Shown in pieces: positions 63,413 to 64,000 of a DNA stretch of 64,000 nucleotides. Both the position numbers and the translations under genes were made by a program. The DNA lies in assembly GCA_965644265.1 (NCBI GenBank), contig OZ286461.1, positions 77,686,001 through 77,750,000 on the forward strand, given 5' to 3'. The notes under the pieces are model-generated. The model made no database searches. It was not told the DNA's origin and was given only the letters and a program-made list of their open reading frames with translations. The DNA is from Glycera tridactyla. Lineage: Eukaryota. The stretch's first letter is position 1; the number at the start of each line of letters is the position of its first letter.

Positions 63413-64000
63413 GTGAGTATATAGTGAAACTCTACATTACGCGGTACCTTTTGGTTGTGAGGAGGGAATTCATTGTTTCCTGACTGGTGCTGGATGACCA
63501 GATTTTTCACATTCCAATAGTCATGGGATCTAGCAATGTCATATCTCCCTCCCCCTCTCCCATCAATTTTCATCTAAAAAGGTGTCATCTCAATTCATAT
63601 CATTATCACCACCACCTGTATGTCTTCCCCACTTGATGTGGGATACATGTACACATGTTACCGTGACGCTTCTTGCCACCTTGTCCCATCAATACAGGTA
63701 AAATGCTCTCACAGGATGACTATTTGGTGTCCGCTGTCTGTTTAGAACAGATTTATGCTTAGAACAGGTGAAACATAGCGAAAATACGTTGGGGCAAGTT
63801 GACCACTTGATAGAGGTGTCCTTTATAGCAGTCGTGACTGTATTTGTGTAACTGGTTACCATGACAACACAAATATGTATTAATGCCCTCAGATAAAGCT
63901 ATGTTGTTTCTGTTGAGCGATGTAGTATTTCCTTCAGCTGCCTTCAGGCAGGTGATATAAGAACTTCCACCTGCTCTCCCCCACATTTCCACCTGCCCTC

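Overview
Eukaryotic (animal) genomic DNA; a marine invertebrate is inferred from the repeat landscape. No prokaryotic features, CRISPR arrays, rRNA or tRNA genes were found. The main host gene is a 9-coding-exon hnRNP A/B-D (squid/Hrp40-like) gene on the minus strand (CDS 21869->7181, 335 aa by my splice reconstruction; two RRMs, RGG/Gly-Tyr tail, HPYSR end) with a long, apparently spliced 3'UTR. Three in-frame exons of an unidentified nuclear-protein gene lie on the plus strand at 60.1-63.4 kb. The rest is mostly mobile DNA: the 3' end of a Gypsy-like LTR element (chromodomain-like pol tail, decayed env-like ORF, PPT+LTR), a LINE with an uninterrupted 937-codon ORF abutting the hnRNP promoter, a DIRS1-type tyrosine-recombinase retrotransposon split by a LINE and a MITE, several CR1/L2-type fragments, many MITEs, and a ~9 kb simple-repeat block with assembly gaps. 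The best leads are (i) several candidate NMD-coupled splice switches in the hnRNP gene, (ii) CAGG/TAGTG-ended MITEs with 5-, 6-, 7- and 8-bp target-site duplications side by side, (iii) a chromodomain+env Gypsy architecture and (iv) a splice donor in the DIRS terminus just upstream of host exons. I see no evidence strong enough to claim a wholly new biological system. All calls are by eye; no database searches were run.
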